Assembly: GCA_011364905.1 (NCBI GenBank)
Contig: RDNZ01000012.1
Coordinates: forward strand, 1 to 62,631
Direction of reading: 5' to 3'
Source of the DNA: Candidatus Thorarchaeota archaeon
GTDB lineage: Archaea > Asgardarchaeota > Thorarchaeia > Thorarchaeales > Thorarchaeaceae
DNA length: 62,631 nt
The notes below the pieces were generated by a model. That model ran no database searches and was not told the DNA's origin. It was given only the letters and a program-made list of their open reading frames with translations. The translations under genes were made by a program, and so were the position numbers. Position 1 is the first letter of the stretch, and each line of letters begins with the position of its first letter. Positions 28,040 through 37,405 of this stretch are shown here, in pieces.

Positions 28040-29393
28040 ATGTAGCAGCTGCCGTTGGTAGCTCTACAGACTCACCATGATATGGACCATAGGTTTCATC
28101 ACCTATTCTAAAACGTGGAACTCCAGGGGATCTAGCAAGAAACTTCACCTTCATCTGTCCATCATCAAATGCTATAGCATCGTGAAAGGGATCGAAACTG
28201 TCAAGACCATCTCTTGTCAATTTGCTCACAAGAAAGCCAGTCTTGCCATTTAGGCTCCCGATTAAGCGGATGACCCTATGAATGTCATGAGTAACAGGTC
28301 GGTCAATCTCTCCGCCGTAGAACTCCGCGGCTTTCTCTCCGATTTCCTGCCAAGATTTTGGTCCTATACCTTTCACTTCCTTTGCAAGAACAGGTGGGTT
28401 TCTACGCAATCCATCTACAGCTGCCGCCTTACTCTTTCTGAGTAGTTCGACCCACCTCTCAGTCCCGTCATAGGAGTCGATATTTTGCACAAACTCGATA
28501 ATAGCGTCAGCCAACTTACCAGGCCATCCTGGGGAGGACCGGTCTGATATCCTGTTCACACCACCTTGAGAAACTATTATTTTTTCAGTATTAAGACCAA
28601 GTCCCATTATATAATGCACAATCTGAATACGTCCATTTGAATCGAGGGAGTAGACCTTTGGATCGCGGACCCGTACGTGATATCCTCTGTGACCACTATA
28701 GTTGATTTGAACGAATTCTGGGTCAAATCCAAAATCATTAGTGATAAAGTCATCATAGAGCTTTACAGTGTGTTTCTTCGCCTCATCCAGACATTTCTCG
28801 CATACCCACTTTCTTGTGCTGAAACTCGTACCTCCGCAGTCCGGACAGGTTTCTGGTGGAATACCAGTCCCCGTTTTATGGCAACTATCATTGTTGCAGC
28901 GCCAAGCATCGTGATCGTTTGCACAGGGTAAATCGAGGTGGTCTGCATCGATATCGAAGACAAGCTCCGCACCAAACCACTCTTTCTCACTCATATTTCT
29001 GGCAACAGGAACTCTGTAAAAGGCAGCCGAATGATAGACACTATGAGGAGCAACCGAAGCCAGGTCTCGTACAAGTTCATCTTTATTGAGATAGCCTACA
29101 TGTCTTCTCCAAGTGGTAGCCTGAACATCACTAGATCCGCACTTTGGGCATGCTTTAACAGGTGAGAAGGATGTCCCTGATTGCCCGCATCCTACTATTG
29201 TGGCACGCCCAGACTCGTCGCGGACCTTTCTCTTAGGACAAAACCAGTTGTATTCCCAGCTTTGTATTCCAAACTCCCGGTTATGTACATTTTCTGGAAC
29301 ATCAATGGAGTCAGGATTTGTTTTGTAGTATTCATGGAACATAAATCGAAGTTTCAAAACAGTGCTTGTGAAACCTTGATTCTTGTTGGACAT
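28005..29393 (-). CDS. priS: DNA primase small (catalytic) subunit with Zn-ribbon insertions
   Basis: REFG, ELVFDIDAD, YSGHRGYH, ID..VT.D.HR.IRL.GSLNGKTG. Confidence 0.95.
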   Translation of the reverse strand: MSNKNQGFTSTVLKLRFMFHEYYKTNPDSIDVPENVHNREFGIQSWEYNWFCPKRKVRDESGRATIVGCGQSGTSFSPVKACPKCGSSDVQATTWRRHVGYLNKDELVRDLASVAPHSVYHSAAFYRVPVARNMSEKEWFGAELVFDIDADHLDLPCANDHDAWRCNNDSCHKTGTGIPPETCPDCGGTSFSTRKWVCEKCLDEAKKHTVKLYDDFITNDFGFDPEFVQINYSGHRGYHVRVRDPKVYSLDSNGRIQIVHYIMGLGLNTEKIIVSQGGVNRISDRSSPGWPGKLADAIIEFVQNIDSYDGTERWVELLRKSKAAAVDGLRRNPPVLAKEVKGIGPKSWQEIGEKAAEFYGGEIDRPVTHDIHRVIRLIGSLNGKTGFLVSKLTRDGLDSFDPFHDAIAFDDGQMKVKFLARSPGVPRFRIGDETYGPYHGESVELPTAAATFALCKGVAIIE

Positions 29394-29444
29394 ACATTAA
29401 AACTCCATCAATCGGCACCGATAAAGTCGGAACCTTTGGTCCCT

Positions 29445-30200
29445 CTATCTACGTTCTACACGTGGTGCAAGAACGAAGCTAATGCTTCCAGCTTCTGCTA
29501 TTGGAAATTCCAACATCATGGGCTTACTGGAAGTGAATTGAAGCATCAAGCTGTCACTTGAAATCGCTTTTGAAATCTCCGACAGATAATTCAGAGCGTA
29601 CATTGCTACCGATTTGCCTGACACTTTTAACTGGAAAAGTGCCGGTGCATCACCTTTGGTGGTCAAAGCAACACTCGCTTCACCGGTATCACCTTCACCA
29701 GCGAATATGAGCTGTTCACCCTCTGCAGTGATTTTCACATGACTAGAAACAACTCCAATGTCCTTGATGGCCTGTTTGAAGGTGTCAGCCAACAATTCAG
29801 CCTTCACATCAAATTCAATACCGGGTTTCTTTGTTTGATCATCCGGTGGAGTAAGGCGTTGGAGTTTGAATACTCTGTTTGCTTGTCCAACCATTTTTAT
29901 CTCAAAACGGTTCTCAGACTCATCAAGATTAAACTCAAGATGCTCATCGCCCGTCATTCTTTTACTCACTTTAACGAGCTCATCAATACCCAAGCAAATA
30001 TCATGTTCGCCCTTGCAAGAGTACTCTTGAAAGATTCCAGAAGGCAAGACTAAATCAACCATTGCGGCCTTTGATGAGTCGAGTTGGCGAAGTGATATTC
30101 CAGATTCTGACACACGAAAATGTGCTTCTGTCAGTAGAGTTGCTAACGCATCAACAATCTGCTTCCATGTTTTTGTACTGTCGAGAGTTGCGTGAAACAT
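29445..30200 (-). CDS. pcn: PCNA sliding clamp (paralog 2)
   Basis: MF.A.L, LDSSK.AMVDL, Y.L.YL, P....F, FVLAPR. Confidence 0.93.
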   Translation of the reverse strand: MFHATLDSTKTWKQIVDALATLLTEAHFRVSESGISLRQLDSSKAAMVDLVLPSGIFQEYSCKGEHDICLGIDELVKVSKRMTGDEHLEFNLDESENRFEIKMVGQANRVFKLQRLTPPDDQTKKPGIEFDVKAELLADTFKQAIKDIGVVSSHVKITAEGEQLIFAGEGDTGEASVALTTKGDAPALFQLKVSGKSVAMYALNYLSEISKAISSDSLMLQFTSSKPMMLEFPIAEAGSISFVLAPRVERR

Positions 30201-30386
30201 GCTGTTATCTCCAGCTTTCCTTTGGTTACGAACTGACCTTAATAGACCCAGATGATGAACATCATCCGAGTGGTCAAGTATCGTTCATTATCTTTGGACT
30301 AGATTCTCAGAATGGATTCTGCATTTAAAATGTACTTCTCGGTGGTTTTGGTCTTTGCTTTATAGGTAGAACACACAAGATTATAG

Positions 30387-31139
30387 CTACCTTCTTTCTA
30401 TACGAGGGGCCAATAGGAACTTTATCAATCCACTTTCTGCTATAGGAAACTCAAGCATCACTGGTTTGTTCTCTGTCATTCGGAGAGTCAAACTATCACT
30501 TGAGATTGCCTTGGCGATTTCAGTAAGATAGCTGAGCGCGTACATCGAAGTGCCACTCTGTTTCACCTCTAATTCATGAAGAAGAGAGTCTTCTCCAAGC
30601 GTCAGTGAAACTTGGGCCTCACCGGCATCCCCCATTCCTCCAAAGGACAATGAGTCCTGTGTTGCTGTAATCTTCATGTGATTGGAAACAACACCAATGT
30701 CCTTGACCACTTGTTTGAAAGTATCAGAGAACATTTCAGCTCTTATTTCAAATGAGGACCTTATCTTCTGAGTCTTCTCTTCAGGTGGAGTAAGCAGCTG
30801 AATCTTGAATGTCCGTTCAGCCTGGCTAATCATTCTGATTTCAAAGCGGTTCTGAGTTTCGTCAAGGTTGAATTCTAGTTTGTCATCTCCAGCCATTCTT
30901 TTGCTCACTTTTGTCAGCTCATCCAATCCTAGACTCAGATTGTGTTCGCCCTTGCAGTGATACTCTTGAAATATACTTGAGGGAAGATAAAGATCAATCA
31001 TAGCAGCTCTTGATGAGTCATACTGGATCAATGAAAACCCATCATCTTTGATTAGAAAATGTGCTTCTGTCAATAGGGTTGCAACAGCATCAACAATTTG
31101 CTTCCACGCCTTGCTGCTATTAAGAGTCGCACGAAACAT
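30387..31139 (-). CDS. pcn: PCNA sliding clamp (paralog 1)
   Basis: Same motifs as the neighbouring paralog; FLLAPRIERR end. Confidence 0.93.
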   Translation of the reverse strand: MFRATLNSSKAWKQIVDAVATLLTEAHFLIKDDGFSLIQYDSSRAAMIDLYLPSSIFQEYHCKGEHNLSLGLDELTKVSKRMAGDDKLEFNLDETQNRFEIRMISQAERTFKIQLLTPPEEKTQKIRSSFEIRAEMFSDTFKQVVKDIGVVSNHMKITATQDSLSFGGMGDAGEAQVSLTLGEDSLLHELEVKQSGTSMYALSYLTEIAKAISSDSLTLRMTENKPVMLEFPIAESGLIKFLLAPRIERR

Positions 31140-31151
31140 CCTGCCTCGCCT

Positions 31152-31523
31152 TCATCCACTCATCGCTCTAGTCACTTTTCCCTCCATCTCTCGGACTTCC
31201 CTATAGAGTGCAACATCCAGCTTGTCGATGTCGTGAGCAAGTGATGCGTTGAATCTCAGCTCTTTTCCGCTCTCAGTTGTTTTTTCTGTAACCTCGCCAA
31301 TGAAGAGGTATCTCTTGCTCAATTCAAGAGAACCTTCGAAACTAACCTGGATTTTCCCTGCGTTCTTTACATCATCGTATATGTCTTGTACTACAGCTAG
31401 TCCGGGACTGACATCTACAACGATGCCCATAATTCGTACAGGGTCAGTTATGTCTGAGGACAGATCCCGAATAATAGTGAGTTTAGATGGCTTGCGTCGG
31501 GGGAAACTCTTCTCTTCGGTCAA
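31152..31523 (-). CDS. Small OB-fold protein, RPA3/RPA14-like
   Basis: TTG start after GGAG; RRKPS...I.DL....VRIMGIVV...IGEV...A....D.LD..LY. Confidence 0.7.
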   Translation of the reverse strand: MTEEKSFPRRKPSKLTIIRDLSSDITDPVRIMGIVVDVSPGLAVVQDIYDDVKNAGKIQVSFEGSLELSKRYLFIGEVTEKTTESGKELRFNASLAHDIDKLDVALYREVREMEGKVTRAMSG

Positions 31524-31645
31524 CTTTGTTACTCCATATAGTCTGCTAGAGCGATAGAACGATAGTTCAATTACGATGCAAGACTCGGGGGCTATAAACT
31601 TGTCAGTTTTGTTTCTGAGTGTATTCCATTCAGTTATATGTTGGG

Positions 31646-31969
31646 TCAATAATGTCTCCAAGTGTGTTTACACACTGTGCATCTATAGAATTCTGTGGCG
31701 CCTTCATCGCCTCTTCTTGTTTGGAGCGTCCAATAATAGGCCTCCGTATTTCCACATTTTGGACATGTTTCCTTTGTCACAGGCATGGGAATGGAGTCAT
31801 CCTCCACCACGACTATTTTGTCACGTGGAGTCTTTTCGATGTTTTGGGAGACTGTTAGTTGTCCTTCCAAATTCTTAGTGTGTCCACAACTACGGCATTT
31901 CAAGACTCTAGTACCATCATCTTCTGTTGTAGGCACCATCATTGCACCACATTTTTCACAAAATTCCAT
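31646..31969 (-). CDS. tfs: Transcription factor S (TFS/RpoM)
   Basis: FCEKCG..CRSCG; CPKCG...QTRRGDEG.T.FY.C..C. Confidence 0.96.
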   Translation of the reverse strand: MEFCEKCGAMMVPTTEDDGTRVLKCRSCGHTKNLEGQLTVSQNIEKTPRDKIVVVEDDSIPMPVTKETCPKCGNTEAYYWTLQTRRGDEGATEFYRCTVCKHTWRHY

Positions 31970-32038
31970 GAAGGATTCACTTCTCTGCTGCAGCGTTTAG
32001 ATTTCAATTAAGCATTACGACAACGTACATTTCGGGGC

Positions 32039-32449
32039 TCATGGTAGTGATTCAATATATTGTTCAAGGAAATTTTGAAAGGATAGAGCAGCAATTTCAC
32101 CTTCTCTCTTTCGGCTAGTTTTGGAGTCAATTCGCAATGTTGGTACAAGACTGTCAACTATTTCTTGGATTGTGACCAAACCTTTCATCCACAAGTAGGC
32201 AACGATAGCTTCGTATGAATCAGCTGCTCTTCCAGAGTCTGTTCTTCGGGAGATATATCTGTAAACTTCTGTAGAGCGTATGGCTCGTGCAAGCACACTG
32301 TCCCGGACCTTATCACCGGTAGCATGACCAAGAACTTGAGATTTAGCAAGTGAGTAACAGAGGTTGACTATACCATCTCCAACTTTTGCTAGACCTTTGT
32401 CATTCACGATTTCCTCAACAGACCTATGTTGGACAAAGGTATCCCACAT
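32039..32449 (-). CDS. Archaeal ribonuclease III-like (mini-III) protein
   Basis: DKGLAKVGD..VN..YSLA, ADSYEAIVAY.W. Confidence 0.82.
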   Translation of the reverse strand: MWDTFVQHRSVEEIVNDKGLAKVGDGIVNLCYSLAKSQVLGHATGDKVRDSVLARAIRSTEVYRYISRRTDSGRAADSYEAIVAYLWMKGLVTIQEIVDSLVPTLRIDSKTSRKREGEIAALSFQNFLEQYIESLP

Positions 32450-32473
32450 ATGAGGATCGCCACTTTTTTGAGA

Positions 32474-32764
32474 TTAGTCAACACTGTGGTCTGACACTGC
32501 TTGTGTGAATTTCTTGCGAAACTCTTCAGTTCTAGCAAGCATCTTCTCAAGAGCCTCTCTTAGGACAACGTTTGCTTGGCGCCTCTTTGTCCTTAGCGTC
32601 AGAACTGGGCTAGCGAGTAATGGGTGTTCTATATTATATCCAGCGAATTCTACAGCAGGCTCTTCAAGGAGCGTTTTGCGAAGCAGATTTGGGAATGAAT
32701 GACCCTCTCCGCCGATCTCAAATTTAACTTCGAATTTGGTATGTTCAATAGTTCTTGGTTTCAT
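32474..32764 (-). CDS. rpo11: RNA polymerase subunit Rpo11 (L)
   Basis: GEGHSFPNLLR..L....VEFAGY.IEHPL. Confidence 0.95.
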   Translation of the reverse strand: MKPRTIEHTKFEVKFEIGGEGHSFPNLLRKTLLEEPAVEFAGYNIEHPLLASPVLTLRTKRRQANVVLREALEKMLARTEEFRKKFTQAVSDHSVD

Positions 32765-32766
32765 TT

Positions 32767-33516
32767 CTAACGCCTCCTAGTGTTTCTTTGCCGACTTCCA
32801 CCTCTTCTATCGCGTCTGTCGCCTCCTCTTCCACGAGGACCATCAAAGCGTCTGCCACCACGATCTCTGCGATTATCGTGGCCATACGGTCGACGATCAT
32901 AGGAACGCCTACGTGGTGCCAAATCAGGTCTTGCCTCAAGACCAAACCTTACTCCATAATCATTCGCGACTTCACGAGTTTCTCGGTTCTCGCAACGAAG
33001 ACAGAACATATTGTTATGAGTAGTAAGAGTCAAGGCATTCCCGCACTTCACGCATTCTGCAAACACAACACCAAGCTCTGGACCAACAAGAGTAAGTTGG
33101 ACGGGAATCTCATGTGTATTAAGAGCTGCAGCACGGACAATATCATTTTGCTTGAGCACATCCTGCATACTCTTGACATATCTTCTGGTTACATTGCTTA
33201 TGTGGATTTCACCAATGAGACCACTGTGATAGTCCACATCATTGATCCTGACAATCTTAATCTCTGCCCGTTGATCGAAAACAATTGTAGCCTCCCCTAA
33301 TACAATATCACCCTTTACAGGTAGGGCAAGTTTCATTCCGCCACTGGGGCTGATAATTCTGATACTCCGTTCCTTGAGATTCATATCAACCTTACCAGGA
33401 GCTGCGGCATAGACAATACCATCCTTTTCATAGGTTCCAAGGCTTGGCATCAACTCCTCAATGACACAGAGCTGATCTCCTGGTACAACAATATCGCCGC
33501 TTTTTACATCTGCCAT
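32767..33516 (-). CDS. csl4: Exosome RNA-binding subunit Csl4 with RGG-rich tail
   Basis: VVPGDQL..IEE, S1 domain, LGVV.A.C..C...C..C...E.R. Confidence 0.93.
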   Translation of the reverse strand: MADVKSGDIVVPGDQLCVIEELMPSLGTYEKDGIVYAAAPGKVDMNLKERSIRIISPSGGMKLALPVKGDIVLGEATIVFDQRAEIKIVRINDVDYHSGLIGEIHISNVTRRYVKSMQDVLKQNDIVRAAALNTHEIPVQLTLVGPELGVVFAECVKCGNALTLTTHNNMFCLRCENRETREVANDYGVRFGLEARPDLAPRRRSYDRRPYGHDNRRDRGGRRFDGPRGRGGDRRDRRGGSRQRNTRRR

Positions 33517-33521
33517 TCTTC

Positions 33522-34154
33522 TCACGCTCTTACACATATGCGATACAGATCTACATCCACCAAATGCTTTGTTTTCTTGTGATGGTCAAACAGTCGACCA
33601 ATTGGAAACTGAAATGTTTCAAGTTGTGTCACTGTAGCACCTAGACTCTCTATCTCTTTGCTCAGGAAAACCCTGTTCTTTTCACTTGAGAGGTGCATGC
33701 TGTATATCACATCAGCAATAGAGATAGCTGTTTTCAGGAATCTCAGGTCGGCACCCCGGTTTTTCACTCCGAACGGGGGATTACTTACTACTGTATCTAT
33801 CGGACAACATAGCTGTAAGGAGGGAACATCCCCCAGAACCCAGTCTACGATGTCATCTATTCCGAGCATTCGTGAGTTCATTTGAGACGCCTTTAAGGCT
33901 TTGCTTTGCACATCAATTCCAATTACCCTTCTTGCACCGAGTAATGCGGCTCCAATTGCCAGTACGCCATTGCCACAACCTAAGTCGCATACAGTTCTAT
34001 TGGCTATGTCCTTGTGTTCCATCTCCGCGGCATAGAGGACAGAGGCAGCAATTGGAGCAGGAGTTGGGTACTGCTCAAGAGGCATACTGTATTCTTCTAA
34101 TTTCTGCAACGATTCAAGTGTGATTTCAAGATCTCTTAGGCGCAAGAACTCCAC
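33522..34154 (-). CDS. METTL5-family N6-adenine methyltransferase
   Basis: LEQYPTP, DLGCGNG, NPPFG, ADLRFL, YSMH. Confidence 0.92.
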   Translation of the reverse strand: MEFLRLRDLEITLESLQKLEEYSMPLEQYPTPAPIAASVLYAAEMEHKDIANRTVCDLGCGNGVLAIGAALLGARRVIGIDVQSKALKASQMNSRMLGIDDIVDWVLGDVPSLQLCCPIDTVVSNPPFGVKNRGADLRFLKTAISIADVIYSMHLSSEKNRVFLSKEIESLGATVTQLETFQFPIGRLFDHHKKTKHLVDVDLYRICVRA

Positions 34155-34269
34155 TCATTTGATGTTTTACTGACCACAGGACAAAAGCATAGGTTGATGA
34201 ATTCTGTTATTAATACATGGTGCAGCCCTGGGTAATACCTACTCTTATCAGCTCCATGGGCTCCATAGG

Positions 34270-34292
34270 CTCCAGTCGAAATCCACTGGAAC
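34270..34292. promoter_or_regulatory. Overlapping inverted mini-ORB-like Orc1/Cdc6 sites upstream of cdc6
   Basis: CTCCAGTCGAAAT on + and GTTCCAGTGGAT on - resemble the TTCCAGTGGAAA ORB core. Confidence 0.5.
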
Positions 34293-34371
34293 TTGCCTCA
34301 AGTTCTTATGGAAGTATTTATGACCCGGTTAGTACTGTTCAGGTTAGATTCGGATTGGAGTAGAGGATGAA

Positions 34372-35619
34372 ATGGAGAAACCGCTCGATAAATTATTTGA
34401 CAAATTCTTGCAAGGTCAGGCTATTTTTAGAGACAGAACAGCTCTCAGGCCCACTTACGTGCCAGATAGCCTACCATACAGAGATGACCAGATGAGTAGG
34501 ATTGGATCAATCCTGGGGCCAGCACTAAGAGGCGCTCCGCCCTCCAACATTCTGTGCTATGGAAAGACAGGCACAGGAAAAACTGTGGTGGCTCGATACG
34601 TGCTTGATATGCTTGTGAAAAAAGCAAAAGAGAGTGGAATAGTAGCACCCTTGACAGCCTTTGTCAATTGCAGAATTGTTGGAACAAATTACAGAGTTTT
34701 GAAGCGTTTGTGTGACCAAATTGACGCAACCATGCCTGATGGATCGGAGGTTCCCTTCACAGGACTTCCCACGGATGAGATTCGAGATGTCTTGAAGAGT
34801 AAACTTGATGCAAGTTCTAATATTCTAACAGTCGTACTTGACGAGGTTGATAGCTTACTGAAACGTGACGCAGGACAGGGCAACGATATTCTCTATGGAC
34901 TGACCCGTATGAATGGAGAGTTGGAAAACAGTAGAATTTCGATTATAGGGATTAGTAACGACTTGAAATTCAAGGAGATGCTTGATCCGAGGGTCCTGTC
35001 AACACTTGGAGAAGAGGAGGTAATCTTCTCTCCATATAATGCAGTAGAACTGAAGGGCATTTTGAAGCAAAGAGTTGAACTAGCATTCAACAAAAACGCT
35101 GTAGGTGATGAAGGTGTCATTAATCTCGTTGGAGCATTGGCTGCTCAAGAACATGGAGATGCACGTAGGGCACTTGACTTACTGAGGACCGCAGGGGAAC
35201 TAGCAGAGAGAAGGGGTGAGAGTGTTGTTACTCAAGAACATGTCCGCGAAGCACAGAAGGTTATTGAGCGTGATACAATAACTGAAACAGTCAAGACTCT
35301 TCCAATGCAGTCGAAGGCTGTCCTATTTGCAGTCTATGTGTTGGCTATTAAGGGCCAACGAGACATCTTCACAGGGGAGTGTTACAACATCTACTCAGAG
35401 ATAGCAAAAGCACTCTCTTTAGACACATTGACGCAACGGCGTGTTTCTGATTTGATATCAGAGTTGGACATGCTGGGTCTGATCAACACTACAGTGATAT
35501 CAAAGGGTCGTTATGGAAGAACGAAGAAAATCAAGCTGGCAGTCAGTAAGAAACAGATAGGTGTCATTCTGGACGATGACACTCGTCTCAACAAGGTGGC
35601 ACAACAAATTCTTGAGTGA
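34372..35619 (+). CDS. cdc6: Orc1/Cdc6 replication initiator
   Basis: YGKTGTGKT, VLDEVD, LDPRV.S, PYNA.EL, GDARRALDLLR, wHTH SKGRYGRT. Confidence 0.97.
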   Translation: MEKPLDKLFDKFLQGQAIFRDRTALRPTYVPDSLPYRDDQMSRIGSILGPALRGAPPSNILCYGKTGTGKTVVARYVLDMLVKKAKESGIVAPLTAFVNCRIVGTNYRVLKRLCDQIDATMPDGSEVPFTGLPTDEIRDVLKSKLDASSNILTVVLDEVDSLLKRDAGQGNDILYGLTRMNGELENSRISIIGISNDLKFKEMLDPRVLSTLGEEEVIFSPYNAVELKGILKQRVELAFNKNAVGDEGVINLVGALAAQEHGDARRALDLLRTAGELAERRGESVVTQEHVREAQKVIERDTITETVKTLPMQSKAVLFAVYVLAIKGQRDIFTGECYNIYSEIAKALSLDTLTQRRVSDLISELDMLGLINTTVISKGRYGRTKKIKLAVSKKQIGVILDDDTRLNKVAQQILE

Positions 35620-35637
35620 AACCGCTAGACGCACGCA

Positions 35638-37257
35638 CTATGGGGAGAGGTCGTAAAAGAATCTCACATCAGGCACTCCAGTCCTGAGGTTCATAAGTGT
35701 GACTATTCCAGGAGTTGGCACTACTCCTTGTTTTCGCATAAAATCAGTCTGTGATTGAAATGTGCCAGAGTTTATGATTTGGACACCACGATAATTGTCA
35801 ACAGCATTGTGATGAGCATGACCAAAGTGTACCACATCAGGAGGCGTGTCAATCACCATCCAGTCTCTATGGAGCGGGGCAAGTTCCGTCTTTCCTCCAT
35901 ATGTGGGTACAAGGTGCCGTTTCTTGAGTAGTTCTTTCATTGATATTGCAGGTTCGGTGTACGAAGCCCCAGGAATGCTAGTCACTAGATCATCCATGCT
36001 GTCGCCATGTGTCATTAGGACATTGACGCCTTCAACTACGACTTGGCTTGGATCACCGAGCATGGTTATACGGTCTCCAAGATCGTAGAGTGCCTTTGCA
36101 AACTCCTTTGAGATGGGGGGTTTGGGTAGAGCCTGTCTGTCTGCATCATGGTTGCCAGGAATACAGAAGATTTTGATTTGTTTGGGAAGTTTGCTCAGCT
36201 TCGTGGCAAAGAGCGCATATTGGTCATAGATGCTTTCTATTTCCAAGTCATCTCTCTGTGTGGGATAAACGCTGATTCCATCCACCATGTCACCAGCAAT
36301 GAAGAGATAACGAATTCGTTTCACGAGCGCTTTGTCTTCCTCGTCCACGCCTCTCCCATTGGTCCAATCGATAAACTTGTCAAACTCGTCTTCAAGGAAC
36401 TCCTTGCTACCACAGTGAATATCGGAGATGAACATGGCATAAACATCTCGCTTCGCTCTGCCTACTTCCCGGGCTGTTGGAATGTCAGGGAATATCACAT
36501 CATCTGCAATCATTCTGGCATTTTCATCAACAAATCCTGAGATACAGGTGACTTCGTCAAGAAGTAAGGAGTTTGCCTTCTCGAAGAGCTGGTGTCCCTT
36601 GAGTCCTTCTTTTGTTGCTGGGATTATACAGATTATCGAGTCTTCTTCGTCCTCCAGATCAATAATTACATTCCGTGACTGAGAGATGCTCTTGTTTTTG
36701 ATGATGCCAAGAACAGTTTGAGTCGTACGTTGCGTTGAACGCATACCTTCTCGGACCATTGCCTTTCTTTGTTTTGCAGAGCCTTTTCGGAGCTTAGCAA
36801 GGTGAGGGGATACTGCATTTTGTGTGTCAATTCTACTCATGTATATTCGTTTGATTCGATTGAACCTATCCTTGAACAGCGCTAGGAAATCTTCTACGGT
36901 ACCTTCGGACCCCACCTGTTCAGAATCAGGGCTTTTCTCGATGCGAAACATCCATCCGACTTCATCATCAACAAGAAGCGGTGGAGCGATAGAATCATCG
37001 GGAGTCATCGTAGGCTCATTAATGGTGGCTTCAGACTCCTCTTGAGCGGGATTAGTATCCACTCTTTCGATAAGTGATTCAATATATGGGCGAGAGAGAA
37101 CTGGCGGATGCTTTGTGTCTGCATTGGGTATAAGAATGGACTTGACTGTTTCAATCGGAGTTTCCAGAAGTAGAATGTATTCCAGTGCTTCAGGCGCCAC
37201 TTGGAGACCTGACTCAATCAACAACTTCAGTACATTGCGTCGAATTGAGGATGTCAA
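35638..37257 (-). CDS. polB: DNA polymerase D small (exonuclease) subunit DP1
   Basis: ISDIHCGS, AGD.VDG...YP.Q, PGNHD, HG.S.DD, RHL.P.YG, GH.H, NSGTFQ.QT.F. Confidence 0.95.
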   Translation of the reverse strand: MTSSIRRNVLKLLIESGLQVAPEALEYILLLETPIETVKSILIPNADTKHPPVLSRPYIESLIERVDTNPAQEESEATINEPTMTPDDSIAPPLLVDDEVGWMFRIEKSPDSEQVGSEGTVEDFLALFKDRFNRIKRIYMSRIDTQNAVSPHLAKLRKGSAKQRKAMVREGMRSTQRTTQTVLGIIKNKSISQSRNVIIDLEDEEDSIICIIPATKEGLKGHQLFEKANSLLLDEVTCISGFVDENARMIADDVIFPDIPTAREVGRAKRDVYAMFISDIHCGSKEFLEDEFDKFIDWTNGRGVDEEDKALVKRIRYLFIAGDMVDGISVYPTQRDDLEIESIYDQYALFATKLSKLPKQIKIFCIPGNHDADRQALPKPPISKEFAKALYDLGDRITMLGDPSQVVVEGVNVLMTHGDSMDDLVTSIPGASYTEPAISMKELLKKRHLVPTYGGKTELAPLHRDWMVIDTPPDVVHFGHAHHNAVDNYRGVQIINSGTFQSQTDFMRKQGVVPTPGIVTLMNLRTGVPDVRFFYDLSP

Positions 37258-37405
37258 GAGGTCACCGGCTATGGATTTACAATCTTCTCGTTTTAAACAT
37301 CATCCATAAGGAGCTATATCAATCTTGAAAATGACCCGCGGGAAATGTAATAAGTCGCCTGCCTAGATTTCAATTGGCGCCACGCTTTGCCAGGTGAGAT
37401 GAAAA

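Noticed and set aside
37363-37382. GCCAATTGAAAT mini-ORB-like motif upstream of DP1
   Set aside because: Single weak match that could arise by chance in AT-rich promoter DNA
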